DNA of 64,000 nt from positions 34,226,001-34,290,000 of the forward strand of contig NC_086108.1 of the NCBI RefSeq assembly GCF_963921235.1. Reading direction: 5' to 3'. Every line of letters begins with the position of its first letter. Positions within the stretch are counted from its first letter, which is position 1. Below the pieces are notes generated by a model. It saw nothing but the letters and a program-made list of their open reading frames with translations. It searched no databases and was not told where the DNA came from. Below are positions 49,660 to 61,941 of this stretch, one piece after another. A program made the position numbers and the translations under genes. Source of the stretch: Mobula hypostoma (Eukaryota).

Positions 49660-52600
49660 GAAATGGGACTCCCTAATGATATGTTGCCTATCAGGTGTAA
49701 GGATCAGGGATGTCCACAGTATTTTGGAGAGGAAGGGGGAGCAGCCAGATGTCTTGGTACATATTGGTACTAATGACATAGGAAGGAAAGCAAAGAGGTC
49801 CTGAAAAGAGAATTTAGAGAGCTAGGTAGAAAGCTGAGAAGCAGGACCTCCCAGGTCATAATTTCTGGATTGCTACCTGTACCACATACCAGTGAGGGTA
49901 GAAACAGGATGATTTGGCAGATAAATGTATGGTTGAGAAGCTGGTGCAAGGAGCTGGGCTTCAGGTTCTTGGATAATTGGGATCTGTTCTGGGAAAGGCA
50001 TGACCTGTTCAAAAGTGACGGGTTGCACCTGGACCCAAGGGGACCAATATTCTTGCGGGCAAGTTTGTTAGAGCTGTTGGGAAGGGTTTAAACTAATTTG
50101 GCAGCGGGGTGGGAACTGGAGTGAGGGGACTCAGGACAGGACGGATAGTAAAAAAGTAAGGATAGCATGAAGTCATACTGTCAGGAAGGGCAGGCAGGTA
50201 ATGGGACATAGTTGCAGCCAGCAGGCTGAGTATCAACACATTAAGGGTGCAGAATCAGAAAGGATAACTAATACGGTACTCAACGTGTTGTATCTAAATG
50301 TGCGTAGCGTAAGAAATAAGGTGGATGATCTTGTTGCAATATTACAGATTGCCAGGTATGATGTTGTAGCCAACACTGAATCATGGCTGAAGGATGGTTG
50401 TAGTTGGGAGCTGAATGTCCAAGGTTACACGTTACATCAGAGGGATAGGAAGGGAGGCAGAGGGGTTGGTGTGGTTCTATTGGTAACAAATCGCATAAAA
50501 TCAGTAGAAAGATGTGACATAGGATCAGTAGACGTGTGGGTTGAGTTAAGAAACTGCAAGGGTAAAAGGATGTTGATGGCACTTATATACAAGCTTCCCA
50601 ACAGTGGCTGGGAGGTGGACCACAGATTACAACAGGGAATAGAAAAGGCGAGTCACAAGGCCAATGTTATGGTAGTCATGGGAGATTTTAACATGCAGGT
50701 GGATTGGGAAAATTAGGTTGGTAATGGATTTCAAGAGAGTGAGTTTGCTGAATGCCTAAAAGATATCTTTTAGAGCAGTTTGTTGTTGAGCCTACTAGGG
50801 GATCAGCTATACTGGAGTGGGTGTTATATAATGAACCGGAGACAATTAGAGAGCTTAAATAAAGGAACCCTTAGGAACCAGGGATCACAATATGATTGTG
50901 TTCAACTTGAAATTTGATAGGGAGAAAGTAAAGTCTGATGTAGCAGTATTTCAGTGGAGTAAGGGAGATTACAGTGGCATGAGAGGGGAGTTGGCCAAAG
51001 TAAATCAGAAGGAGCCACTGACAGGGATGTCAGCAGAGCAGCAATGGCGTGCGTTTCTGGGGAAAATGAGGAAGGTGCAGGGCATAAGTATTCCAAAAAT
51101 GAAGAAATAGTAAAATACTCAAATGGTAAAATAGTACAACCATGGCTGACAAGGGAAGTCAGAAGCTATTGTATAAGCAAAAGAATGGGCATACAACAAA
51201 GCAAAAATTAGTGGGAAGATAGAGGATTGGGAAGTTTTTAAAAACCCACAAAGAGCAACTAAAAAAAAATCATTAGAAGAGAAAAGATGAAATATGAAAG
51301 CAAGCTAGTAAATAATAATCAAAGTGGATAGTAAAAGATCTTTCAAGCATGTTAAAAATAAAAGAGGGATGAGAGTGGATATAGGACCGATAGAAAATGA
51401 GGCAGGAGAAATAATAAGGGACAAGGAGATGACTGATGAATTAAATGAGTATTTTGCATCAGTCTTCACTGTGGAAGACACTAGCAGTATGCCTGATGTT
51501 CTAGTATGTGAAGGAAGTGGGTGCAAGAGACAAGGTGCTCAAGAAGCTGCAAGTCCTAAAAGTATGTAAGTCGCCTGGACCAGATGAACTGCACCCCAGG
51601 ATTCTGAAAGATGTAGTATTAAAGATTGTGGTGGCATTAGAAATGATCTTTCAAAAATCATTGGACTCTGCAATGGTACCAGAGGACTGGAAAATTACAA
51701 ATGTTACTCCACTCTTTAAGAAAGGAGGAAGGCAGCAGAAAGAAAATTATAGCCCGGTTAGCCTGACCTCAGTGGTTGGGAAGATGCTAGAGTCAACTAT
51801 TAAGGATGAGGTGATGGAGCACTTGGTGACACAGGACAAGATAGTACAAAGTCAGCATGGCTTCCTTCAAGGAAAATCCTGCCTGACAAACCTGTTGGAA
51901 TTCTTTGAGGAGATTACAAGTAGGATAAATAAAGAGGATGCAGTGGATGTTGTATATTTGAACTTTCAGAAGGCCTTTGACAAGGTGCCACACATGAGGC
52001 TACTAACCAAGTTAAGAGCCCATGGCACTACAGGAAAATTACTAATATGGTTAGAGGGTTGACAAATTGGTGGGAGGCAGCGAGGGAGAATAAAAGGATC
52101 CTTTTCCGGTTGGCTGCCAGTGACTAGTGGTGTTCTGCAGGGATTAGTGTTGGGACATCTTTTTACACTGTATATCAATGATTTAGATGATGGAATAGAT
52201 GGCCTTATTGCCAAGTTTGAAGATGATACGAAGATTGGTGGAGGGGCAGGTAGTGTTGAGGAAACAGGTAGGATGCAGAAGGACTTATACAGATTAGGAG
52301 AATGGGCAATAAAGTGGCAAATGAAATACAATGTTGGAAAATGCATGATCATGCACTTTGGTAATAGAAATAAATACGAGGACTATTTTCTAAACAGGGA
52401 GAAAATCCAAAACTCTGAGATGCAAAAAGACTTGGGAGTCCTTTTGCAGAACACCCTAAAGATTAACTTGCAGATCGATTCAGTGGTGAGGAAGGAAAAT
52501 GCCATGTTAGTATTCATTTCAAGAGGTCTAGAATACAAGAGCAAGGATGCGATGCTGAGGCTTTATAAGACACAGGTGAGGCCTCACCTTGAGTATTGTG

Positions 52601-53133
52601 AACAGTTTTGGGCCCCTCATCTTAGAAAAGATGTGCTGTCATTGGAGAGGGTCACAAGGATGATTCCAGGAATGAAAGGGTTATCATATGAGAAACATTT
52701 GATGGCTCTCAGCCTGTACTCACTGGAATTCAGAACAATGAAGGGGGATCTCATTGAAACCTTTCAAATGTTGAAACACCTAGACAGTGTAGATGTTTCC
52801 CATGGTGGGGGAGTCTAGGACAAGAGGGCACAGCCTCAGGATAGAGGGGCTCTCTTTCAAAACAGAGATGCGGAAAAATTTCCTTAGCCAGAGGGTGGTG
52901 AATTTGTGGAATTTGTTGCCACATGCAGTTGTGGAGGCCAGGTCAGTGGGTGTATTTAAGGCAGAGATTGTTAGGTTCTTGATTGGATGTAGCATTAAAG
53001 GTTACGGGGAGAAAGCCAGGAACTGTGGTTGAGGAGGAGAAAATAAAAAGAATCAACCATGACTGAATGGCGAAGCAGACTAGATGGGCCAGATGACCTA
53101 ATTCTGCTCCTATGTCTTATAGTCTTATGGTCT
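49660..53133 (+). mobile_element. CR1 LINE: ORF1 SGNH-esterase C-terminal half and near-complete ORF2 (APE + RT), pseudogenised
   Basis: LVHIGTNDIG, DGLH, YLNVRSVRNK, TESWL, GDFN, KSPGPD, QHGF, KFEDD. Tail tcttatagtcttatggtcta. Confidence 0.93.
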
Positions 53134-53288
53134 AAAAGATATGAATCCCTTGTGCCTCAGCCCAATGTCATCAGAATCAGGATTCAGATCATCGGCATGT
53201 GTCGTGAAATTTGTTTAATTTTGCAGCAGTACTACAATGCAATACAATAATACATGGGAAAAAAGCTGTGAATTACAGTAAATGTATT

Positions 53289-53292
<4 letters not shown>

Positions 53293-53328
<36 letters not shown>

Positions 53329-53329
53329 C

Positions 53330-53365
<36 letters not shown>

Positions 53366-53377
53366 GTGTGTGTGTGT
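53293..53377. repeat. (GT)n microsatellite with GC interruptions
   Basis: Directly visible. Confidence 0.97.
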
Positions 53378-54154
53378 TTTCAGCATTTTTTAAAAACTTC
53401 AGATCTCCAAATATCTGCTACATTTTTTTTTGCTATCAGTGCTATTGCTGCTGAATAAATGAATTCTCTAAGGACAAGCGGTATGTGAGAGAGTGCTCCC
53501 TGGACATCATTGTCCCTGGACGTCATTGACCCTCAACAAGTTGGTGGGTGACAGTACTAGCAGGCCAATGCCCAGTTGCCCAGGCAGGAGTGGCCAGAGA
53601 CGTCTCCGTAAGGGAGCAGTGGATGACCAGGGGCCTGAGATGGAGACATGCAGGCCATGTGGCATTTAATGTCACAGATCTCAGTAAATGCTATTTGGGT
53701 GTTGCCCTTTTAAGTACCACAGTTTTAGGGAAAAAAGTATTAGCAAACCTGACTATTCCATTGTTTTTTAGACAATGAGGTTGAAAATCTCACTGCAAGT
53801 GAATTTTGTTTGTTACACTGTTGTTGTCACTTGGGGGTGAGGAGAGTTGAAGAGCAAAAGTACAATGAAAGTGCTCAGGAGAACAAAAACAAAATTAGTT
53901 TTCCTCCTGGCACCACAGCACCTGAAAATGTTGCACTCTGTGTTAACTTGACTTTCCACATGAAGTTTGTTCTATTTTTGAAGCCAGGTGAATAAACTTC
54001 AAACTCAACGTGCTAATTTAATTCTGTGCCTCTGGGGCTACCAAACCACAGTCAGAATCTGAAGATTTTCTCTGAGTCTGGGCGGGGTATATTACCCTCT
54101 AGTGGTCACAGGTTTAACCTTCCCTTGGCTTTGCGGGCATGGGGTTGTACTTAC

Positions 54155-54179
54155 CCTGTGCGCTAAGGGAAACCGACAT
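54155..54179 (-). other. Candidate exon ending at a consensus donor (8-nt micro-exon CGCACAGG, or first exon MSVSLSAQ in phase 1)
   Basis: Minus strand reads ttctttgccaaATGtcggtttcccttag CGCACAGG|gtaagt in unique, CpG-retaining sequence. Confidence 0.3.
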
Positions 54180-54774
54180 TTGGCAAAGAATGCAGTTCAA
54201 CTGGTTTGTCTGGATAAATTAATTCACACATCGTTTTTCTTAGAGACAGCTGTTCACCATTTTGTGAGAGTTTCTTGTGATGCCCACTGATAAATTATCT
54301 GAGCCAGATGTTTTTGAGATCTCTGTCCCAGCCAAGCCCTCAGTGTGTCTTCACACATACCATCCCCGAGTAACAGACAAGTCACATTCTTTTTGATGGC
54401 CATAAGCCAATTTTGTCTGTAAGGCGGAGGATATACAAAAATCACAACATGGTACCTCCACATATTATAATGAATGGCTCAAAGGTATGCAAGGCTGATA
54501 AGAAAGAACAATTTCTGAAGGGGTTAGATGGAGGAAACTAGTTCTATCATTCACAGGTACCTATATATGCTCATTGGACTTCAGAATTTCATACTAATGG
54601 GAGCTCATCCATGTGTATTTGTGTCCATACATTGGGCATTTGTGGCCGTGGGGCAGCCTGTATATTAATTGTCTCTGCAGCTTGTCCCTTAAGCCAAACC
54701 TGTCTCTGCTGGCATTTCAAAGGGATGATCCAAATAATTAAAACTTATATAGCCTTAAGGCCGAATGTGGACCA

Positions 54775-57700
54775 ACACACACACAAAATACTGGAAGAAC
54801 TCAGAATCTATCCAAATTAATAAACTGTTGACATTTTGGGTTGAAACCTTTCATCGGGACTGGAAAGGAAGGGGGGAGAGCCCAGAATAAAATGTGGAAG
54901 GGGGTAGGAAGCTAGCTAGAAGGTTATAGGTGAAGTCGGATGGGAAAGGTAAAAGGTTGGAGAAGAAGGAAGCTGATGGGAGAGAAGAGTAGACCACGGG
55001 GGAATGGGAAGGAGGAGGGGCATCAGGGGTAAGTGATAGGCAAGTGAGGAAAAGAGGTAAAAGGCCATAGTGTGGAATAAAACAAGAGGGAAGGGGAGGG
55101 GGAAAAGAAAAAAAGGAGGGAAAAAGTTACTGGAAGGAGAAATTGATGTTCATGCCATCAGGTTGGAGGCTATCCAGGTGGAATATGAGGTGCTGCTCCT
55201 CCACCCTGGGAGTTGCCTCATCTTGGCACGGGGATGGGGCTATGGACCAACTTGTCGGAACAGGAATGGGGACAGCAATTAAAATAGTTGGCCACCAGGA
55301 AATTCCACTTTTTCGTGGTTGGAGTAGAGGTGCTCAACAAAGCGGCCCCCCAATCTATGCCAGGGGTCTTAGTCTGGAGGAGACCAAATCGGGAGCACTG
55401 GATACAATAGACGATCTCAACAGAATCGCAGGTGAAATGTTGCCTCACCTGGAAGGACTGCTTGGGGCCCTTAATGGAGCTGAGGGAGGAAATGAATAGG
55501 CAGGTGTGGCAATTTTTTCATTTGCAAGGGATATGTGCCACAACAGAAATTAGTGGGGAGGGATGAATGGACAAGGAGATCACAGATGATGCAATCCCTG
55601 TGTAAAGCAGCAAGTTGACGGGGGGGGGGGGAAGTAAAGACGTGTTCAGTGGTAGGATCTCATTGAAAGTGGCAAAATTTGTGGAGAATGATGTGTTGGA
55701 TGCGGAAACTCACAGGGTGGTAGGTAAGGACAAGAGGAACTCAATCCCTCTTAAGGAGGTGGGAAGACAGGCTGAGCCCGAACGTACAGGAAATGGAGGA
55801 GGTGCTGGTGAGGGCAGCATCAATGGTGGAGTAAGGGAAACCCTATCCTTTGAAGGAGGACATCTCCATGTCCTGGAAGGGATGGCCTCATCCTGGGAAC
55901 CATGTGGCAGATGACAAAGGACATAGGAAAAAGAGAGAGCAATTTTACAAGAGACAGGGTGGGAAAAGGTATAGTCAAGACAGTTTTAGGAATATACACA
56001 AAATGCTGGAGGAACTCAGCAGGCCGGGCAGGTCTTGCTGAAAGGTCTTGGCCCGAAATGTCGACCGTACTCTTTTCCATAGATGCTGCCTCACCTGCAG
56101 AGTTCCTCCAGCATTTTGTGTGTGTTGCTTGGACTTCCAGCATCTGTAGACCTTTTCTTGTTTGTGAGCCGTAGGAATTGGTAAGTTTATAAAAGATGTC
56201 AATTGACAGCTTGTCTTTAGAGATGGAGACAGAGCGATTGAGAAAGGGGAGAGAGGTGTCAGAAATGGACCAAATGAACTGAAGGGCAAGGTAGAGGTTG
56301 GAGGAAAAGTTGATGAAATTGACAAGCATCAGCAAGGATGCATGAAGGAGGACCAATGCAGTCTTCAACGTAGCAGAAGAAGAGTTGGGAAGCATGGGGA
56401 AGGCTTGGAACATGGACTGTTCTAAGTTGCCAATGAAAAGGGAGGCCTGGCTGGGGCCCATGCAGTGCCTGTGGCTACCCCTTGAGTTTGGAGAAAGTGG
56501 GAGTAGCTAAAGGAGAGATTGTTGAGGGTGAGGACCAGTTCTGCCAGATGGAGGAGAGTGGTGGCGGAAGGGAGCTGCTTGGATCTTTTGTTGAGATGCA
56601 GAGCTTTAAAGCTTTCTTGATGGGGTTAGAAGTGTATAGGGACTGGACATCCATGATGAAAATGAGATGATCAGAGCCAGAGAATTGAAAGTTGTTGAGG
56701 AGATCGAGAGCATGTGAAGTGTGGCAGATGTAGGCAGGAAGGGACTGAACCGAGGAGGATAGATTGGAATCAAGATAAACAGACATAAGTTTAGTGGGGC
56801 AGGAGGAGGACAAGACAATGGGCCTAATCGGACAGTCAGGTTTGTGGATCTTGGGCAGGAGGTAGAAATGAGCAGTGTAGGGTCAGGGAACTATGAGTTT
56901 GGTGGCAGTAGGTGGGAGATCCCCAGATTTTATGAGGTTAGTGATGGTGTGGGAGACAGTGGTCTGATGGTCCACAGTGGGGTCCTTTTCAAGCGGTAAG
57001 TAAGAGGAAGTGCCTGCGAGTTACTGCCTGGCCTCAGCAATGTAGAGGTCAGTCTGCTATACTACAACAGCACCCCCCCCCATTTTGTCTGTGGGTTTGA
57101 TGGTAAAGTTGGCACTGGTGCCGAGGGAATGGAGGGCAGCGTGTTCAGAGGGGGTGAGGTTCAAGAAGGAGATTGGAGTGCTGAAGACGAGCCGGCTGAT
57201 GTCTCACCAGCAATTCAAGATGAAAATACACAGAGCAGCCAGAGAAACAGAGCGGGTTATCTGAGAAGAATAGAAGGGTTGGTGACGGGAGAAGTGGTCA
57301 TTGGAGTCAAGTGGGGAACTCTTGCCAAAGAAGTGGGCTCAGAGATGGAGGTGACAGAATAAGAGCCAGCATCGTGGCAGGTGTAAAACTCACAGAGGTG
57401 TGGGAAAAAGGGGACAAAGATAAAGCCCTTGCTGAAGACAGGCCATTCTGCCTCAGAGAGGGGAACTCGCCCCTCCCACCAAATGGTGAAGACGTGGCAG
57501 GGATTAGAGCTGGGATCAGAGTGGGGAGGAGAACTGGTGGTGTCGGAGGAGAAGGAAATGATGGAGTGTTCAGGAAAGGTGGTGAGGGAGGAAACTAAAG
57601 GCTCTGAGGACCCAAGAGATGACGGGGTAGCCTGAGAGATCTGGGGTTGAAGAGTGATGGCGGGGAAAGGTGGGCCTGGAGACCCAGCAACAGCGAGGAA
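54775..57700 (-). mobile_element. Degraded Penelope-like element (RT, GIY-YIG, tail)
   Basis: MDVQSLYTS (ORF 56475-56813), MGPS...FIGNLEQSMF (ORF 55820-56461), RQHFTCDSVEIVYCIQCSRFG (ORF 55218-55448). Confidence 0.88.
55995..56168 (+). mobile_element. Fold-back Penelope-tail micro-element inserted in the older Penelope copy
   Basis: Arms acacaaaatgctggaggaactcagcagg / cctgcagagttcctccagcattttgtgt around aggtcttggcccGAAATGTCgaccg. Confidence 0.7.
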
Positions 57701-58234
57701 TATCTTGTAGTGCTGAGGTCAGGATCAATACCATTTGAGTTGGGTTCATAATTTATCACTGACACTTCCAAGTCTGATTTCCCATACCTAAACAGCAGAA
57801 CTGTTTCAGACTTTTACTCTCTTCATACTAATTTGACAGGCTAAATGCCTTTGGTTGAGTTCACATACCTTCCAGATATGTTATGCTTTTCTTTTATCCT
57901 TTGTTTCTTTCACCATAATGAGATAGAAACCACAAGATGTAAACAAAATGAAATAATAATTGTGAAATGCTTTCCTTCTTTCTTCCCATTGGAAAACCGC
58001 TTTGGGACAATTACCTTGTGGTATCTAATAAGTCACTCTTCCTTTTGTTTATAAACATCGATATAAAAAGGAAAATGTTGGCATGCTTTAATTAAACTCC
58101 TCTAAATTAATCAATAAAATGTGACTGAAAATTAACTAGGGCTTTTGCAATTTTCAGCATGGAATACTCAATTAAAATAATAGGTAAGACCCAACTCCTT
58201 GCTGATCTTGCCAACTAAAGCATCGAGCAAGATC

Positions 58235-58800
58235 AAAATCAACGGGGACGAGAGTGGAAGCCAGGTAGGTGTTCTGCCTGCGTTTGACTGATCTCTCACT
58301 CCCTCTTGCTTGCTACAGCTGGAGGAAGGAGCCTGCATGTGAGCAGCCTGTCTCTCCCTCTTGCTCTCACTCACTGCTCCCAGAGGAAGGTGCCTGCTTT
58401 TGACCAACTATCGGAGTTCTGGGTCTCGGAGAAGGTTTAATCAACGTGGTTTGTGGATTGGACTCTGCAGTTCATGTCAAATGTGTTTCTGGTTTCTGAT
58501 TACTCCTTTTTGTGTGCGATTTTGATGGGGGCGCACTGGCCCTGCAGACTGAGGTCAATAAACGACACAGCACTTAACCGAACTGAACATTCCCAGTCTC
58601 TTTCAATGACTCTGTGGCTTGAGGTTTATATTCTGCAATTCTCACTCATTTTTTGCAGTTTGCACAATTTGTTATTATTTTGTACGTTGGGTGTTTGACA
58701 GTTTCTTTGAATGTTTCATGACTGTCTGTGGGGAAGACGAATTTCAGGGTTGTATTCTGCATGCATACTTTGATAATAAATGTACTTTGAATCTTTGAAT
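58235..58800 (+). mobile_element. Non-autonomous retroposon with a Rex1/Babar-like 3' tail
   Basis: Ends gaatttcagggttgtattctgcatgcatactttgataataaatgtactttgaatctttgaat. 5' boundary approximate. Confidence 0.55.
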
Positions 58801-59557
58801 CGAAGACTTCAGTCTAAACAAAACACTTCAGTCTTGTTTACGTGAGTTTTTTTCCCATATCCCAAAGAAGTGTGGTAGGTGGTTTAAATTGTCCCAGGTG
58901 TGAAGGTGAGCAGTAGTATCTGGGAGAAGCTGATGAAAAAATGGAGGCAACTCACCGAATGTGATAGAGGAGACTGTGTCCCTCTCTCTTTGGTTGTATA
59001 GGTCTCCCCAGCCAGGGATTTCTCTATGGCAACAAACTCAATAGCAATGGACCACCATGTTCATCGTATCCAACAAAAGGTGGTGAGGGAGACTGTTAAG
59101 ATCCAGGCACACTGTCAAACAGGGGAGGTGCTACCAATCCTGAGTAAAGGCCTACACTCACCTGCCAGCCAGATGCAGCCCCATACCCCAGATCTCAGAG
59201 CTGACTGGCTGCACTGGTCTTCCTAATCTACCCAAAAATTAATCCCAGTGGAGGGTGGGGGGTGGTGATTCATTGCTGGGAGAGCACCAGCAGAGTACAG
59301 GAAACACAGGACTCTGGAACAACACACAAGGTGTTGGAGAAACACAGTCGGTCAGGTGGCATCAATGGAGGGAAATGGACAATCGCCGTTTTGGGTCAAG
59401 ACCATTCAACTGAACGAAGAGCACAGGGGTTTGCAGCTGGTTCCCAGCACCCAAGCTCCATCCATAGAACAGCAGCAGGGAGTGCATGGGTTCAAATCAA
59501 GCTCCCTGCACATTGCATAAGCTGATGTCATTTTTAAAGTGTGGTTAGATACATACA

Positions 59558-60236
59558 TAAGACCATAAGACATAGGAGCAGAATTGGGCAATTTGGCCCA
59601 TCGAGTCTGCTCTGCCATGTAATCGTGGCCAATCCTTTTCTCCCCTGCTCAGCCCCATTCTCCAGTCTTCTCCCCATTACCTCTGAGGCAGTATCCAATC
59701 AAGAACCCATCAATCTCTGCCTTAAATGCACTCAATGACCTGGCCTCCACAGCTGCCTGTAGTAATAAATTCCACAAATTCACCACCCTTTGGCTAAAGA
59801 AATGTTTCCACATCTTTGTTTTAAGTGGACGTCCCTCTATCCAAAGGCTGTGCCCTCTTGTCCTAGACTCCTCCACTATGGGAAACATCCTTCCCACATC
59901 TACTCTGTCTAGGCCTTTCAACATTCAAAAGGTTTCAATGAGATTCCCCCCTCATCCTTCTAAGTTCCAGCAAGTACAGATCCAGACCTATCAAACGTTC
60001 CTTGTATCATAACCCTTTCATTCCTGGAATCATCCCTGTGAACCTCCTCTGGACCCTCTCCAATGCCAACACATCTTTTCTTAGATGAGGAGCCCAAAAC
60101 TGTTCACAATACTCAAGGTGCGGTTTTACCAGTGCCTTATAAAGCCTCAGCATCACATCCCTGGTCTTATATTCTAGACCTCTTGAAATGAATGCTAACA
60201 TTGCATTTGCCTTCCTCACCACCGACTCTGCCTGCA
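59558..60236 (-). mobile_element. CR1 LINE 3' fragment
   Basis: ESVVRKANAMLAFISRGLEYK...LERVQRRFTGMIPG; tail ataagaccataagacatagg. Confidence 0.9.
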
Positions 60237-61139
60237 AAGGACTCTGCAGTGTAGCACTGGGTTTGATGTTGGTGTCCTGTGTATTTACATAGAGCATGGA
60301 TAATAGCTGGGGATTTGGTAGTCTGTGCAGATGCATTGGGTCAAAGGGCTTGTTTCTGTGCTGTACAGTTCAATGATTCTATGTCTCCTCAGCCACATGT
60401 GAGAAAAAATTCACGTGACCTAGTAACTTTAACAACTTGTCTTTAACATGGAAACAGAAAGTGGTTGGGAATACTGAGCAGGTCAGATAGCATCCATAAA
60501 AGGAGAAACTGGGTTAACATTTCATGTTGAAGATGAACACTTTTTGATCTGACACATTAAATTGGTTTCTTTCTCCACAAGTGCTGCCTGACTTGCTGCC
60601 TTGTTTTTGTCTCAGCTTTCCAGCATCTGCAGTGTTTTGCCATCATTTGGCTATCATCTTTAGAGCTGAGTGTATCATAGTTTTTCTATCCTTTGATTCT
60701 ATTCAAGCTTTCAACCACAAATCTAACAAAGACAAATAGAATTTGTGGTAATATTTTCAATAGGATCAGCTGTATGTTAATTGTCTACATTTTGCAGTTA
60801 AATCCAATGCAGTGTATATCACATACAGAGTTACAATGTGAAAATTGTTCATGGCACGTCAACTGTGGAAGTCCTATTGTAGACTCTCAACCAAGAACTT
60901 TGACATACAACTGTTCAGTTCACAAATGCAGCTCTTCAAGCATCTTATTTCTTTATTGAGGATTGTTTTGCTTCTTATAGGGATGAAAGTTAATGCTTGA
61001 TGGTTCACCGCAGCACCATTTATTTTGCAAAGAGCACTCTTGTCCAAAACTATATCTTTGTTTTTGTAAAACCTGCTGGATTTATGTATTAATTACTGCA
61101 CCGAGAGGCAATGAAGCTTCAGAAGAAGGAAACCAGAGG

Positions 61140-61941
61140 TCCATTAGCCATTCCTCATCAGAGGATCAGAGCTGCAGAGGGACAGCAACTTCAAATTCCT
61201 CAATATTATTATTTCGGAGGACCTGCCCTGGGGAATGCAATTAAGAAGAAAGCACAGCAGTGCCTTCATTTCCTTAGGAGTCTGCAGAGATTCAGCATGA
61301 CATCTAAAACTTTGACAAACCTCTAGATGTGTAGTGGAGAGTATATTGATTGGCTGCATCACAGCCTGGTATGGAAACACCAATACGCTTGAATGGAAAA
61401 TCCTGCAAAAAGTAGTGGATACAGCCTAATACATCACAGGTAAAGCACTCCCCAGCATTCAGTACATTTACATAAAACGCTGTTGCAGGAAAGTAGCATC
61501 TGTTGTCAGGGACCCCCACCACCCAAGTCATGCTTTCTTCTCGCTATTGTCATCAGGAAGAAGGTTACAGGAGCCTCAGGACTCACACTACCAGGTTCAG
61601 GAACAGTTATTACATCTCATCCAACAGACTCTTGAACAAAAGGGCATAAACTTCACTTGCCCCATCATTGAAATATTCCCACAACCAATGGATTCACCTT
61701 CAAGTATCTTCATCTCATATTCTCAATATTTATTGCTTATTTATTTATTCTTTTTTTTTGTATTTGCGTGGTTTGTTGTCTTTTGCTCACTGGTTGAATG
61801 TCCAAGTTGGTGTAGTCTTACATTGATATTGGACATTATTCTATTATGGATTTATTGAGTATTCCAACAAGACAATGAATCTCAGGGTTGTATATAGTGA
61901 CATAAATGTACTTTGATAATAAACTTACTTTGAACTTTGAA
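61140..61941 (+). mobile_element. Rex1/Babar LINE 3' fragment with complete tail
   Basis: KKAQQCLHFLRSLQRFSM...; ends tactttgaactttgaac. Confidence 0.8.

Noticed and set aside
53497..53533. Short tandem ccctggac(a/g)tcattg repeat
   Set aside because: Only about two 16-bp units, consistent with ordinary slippage.
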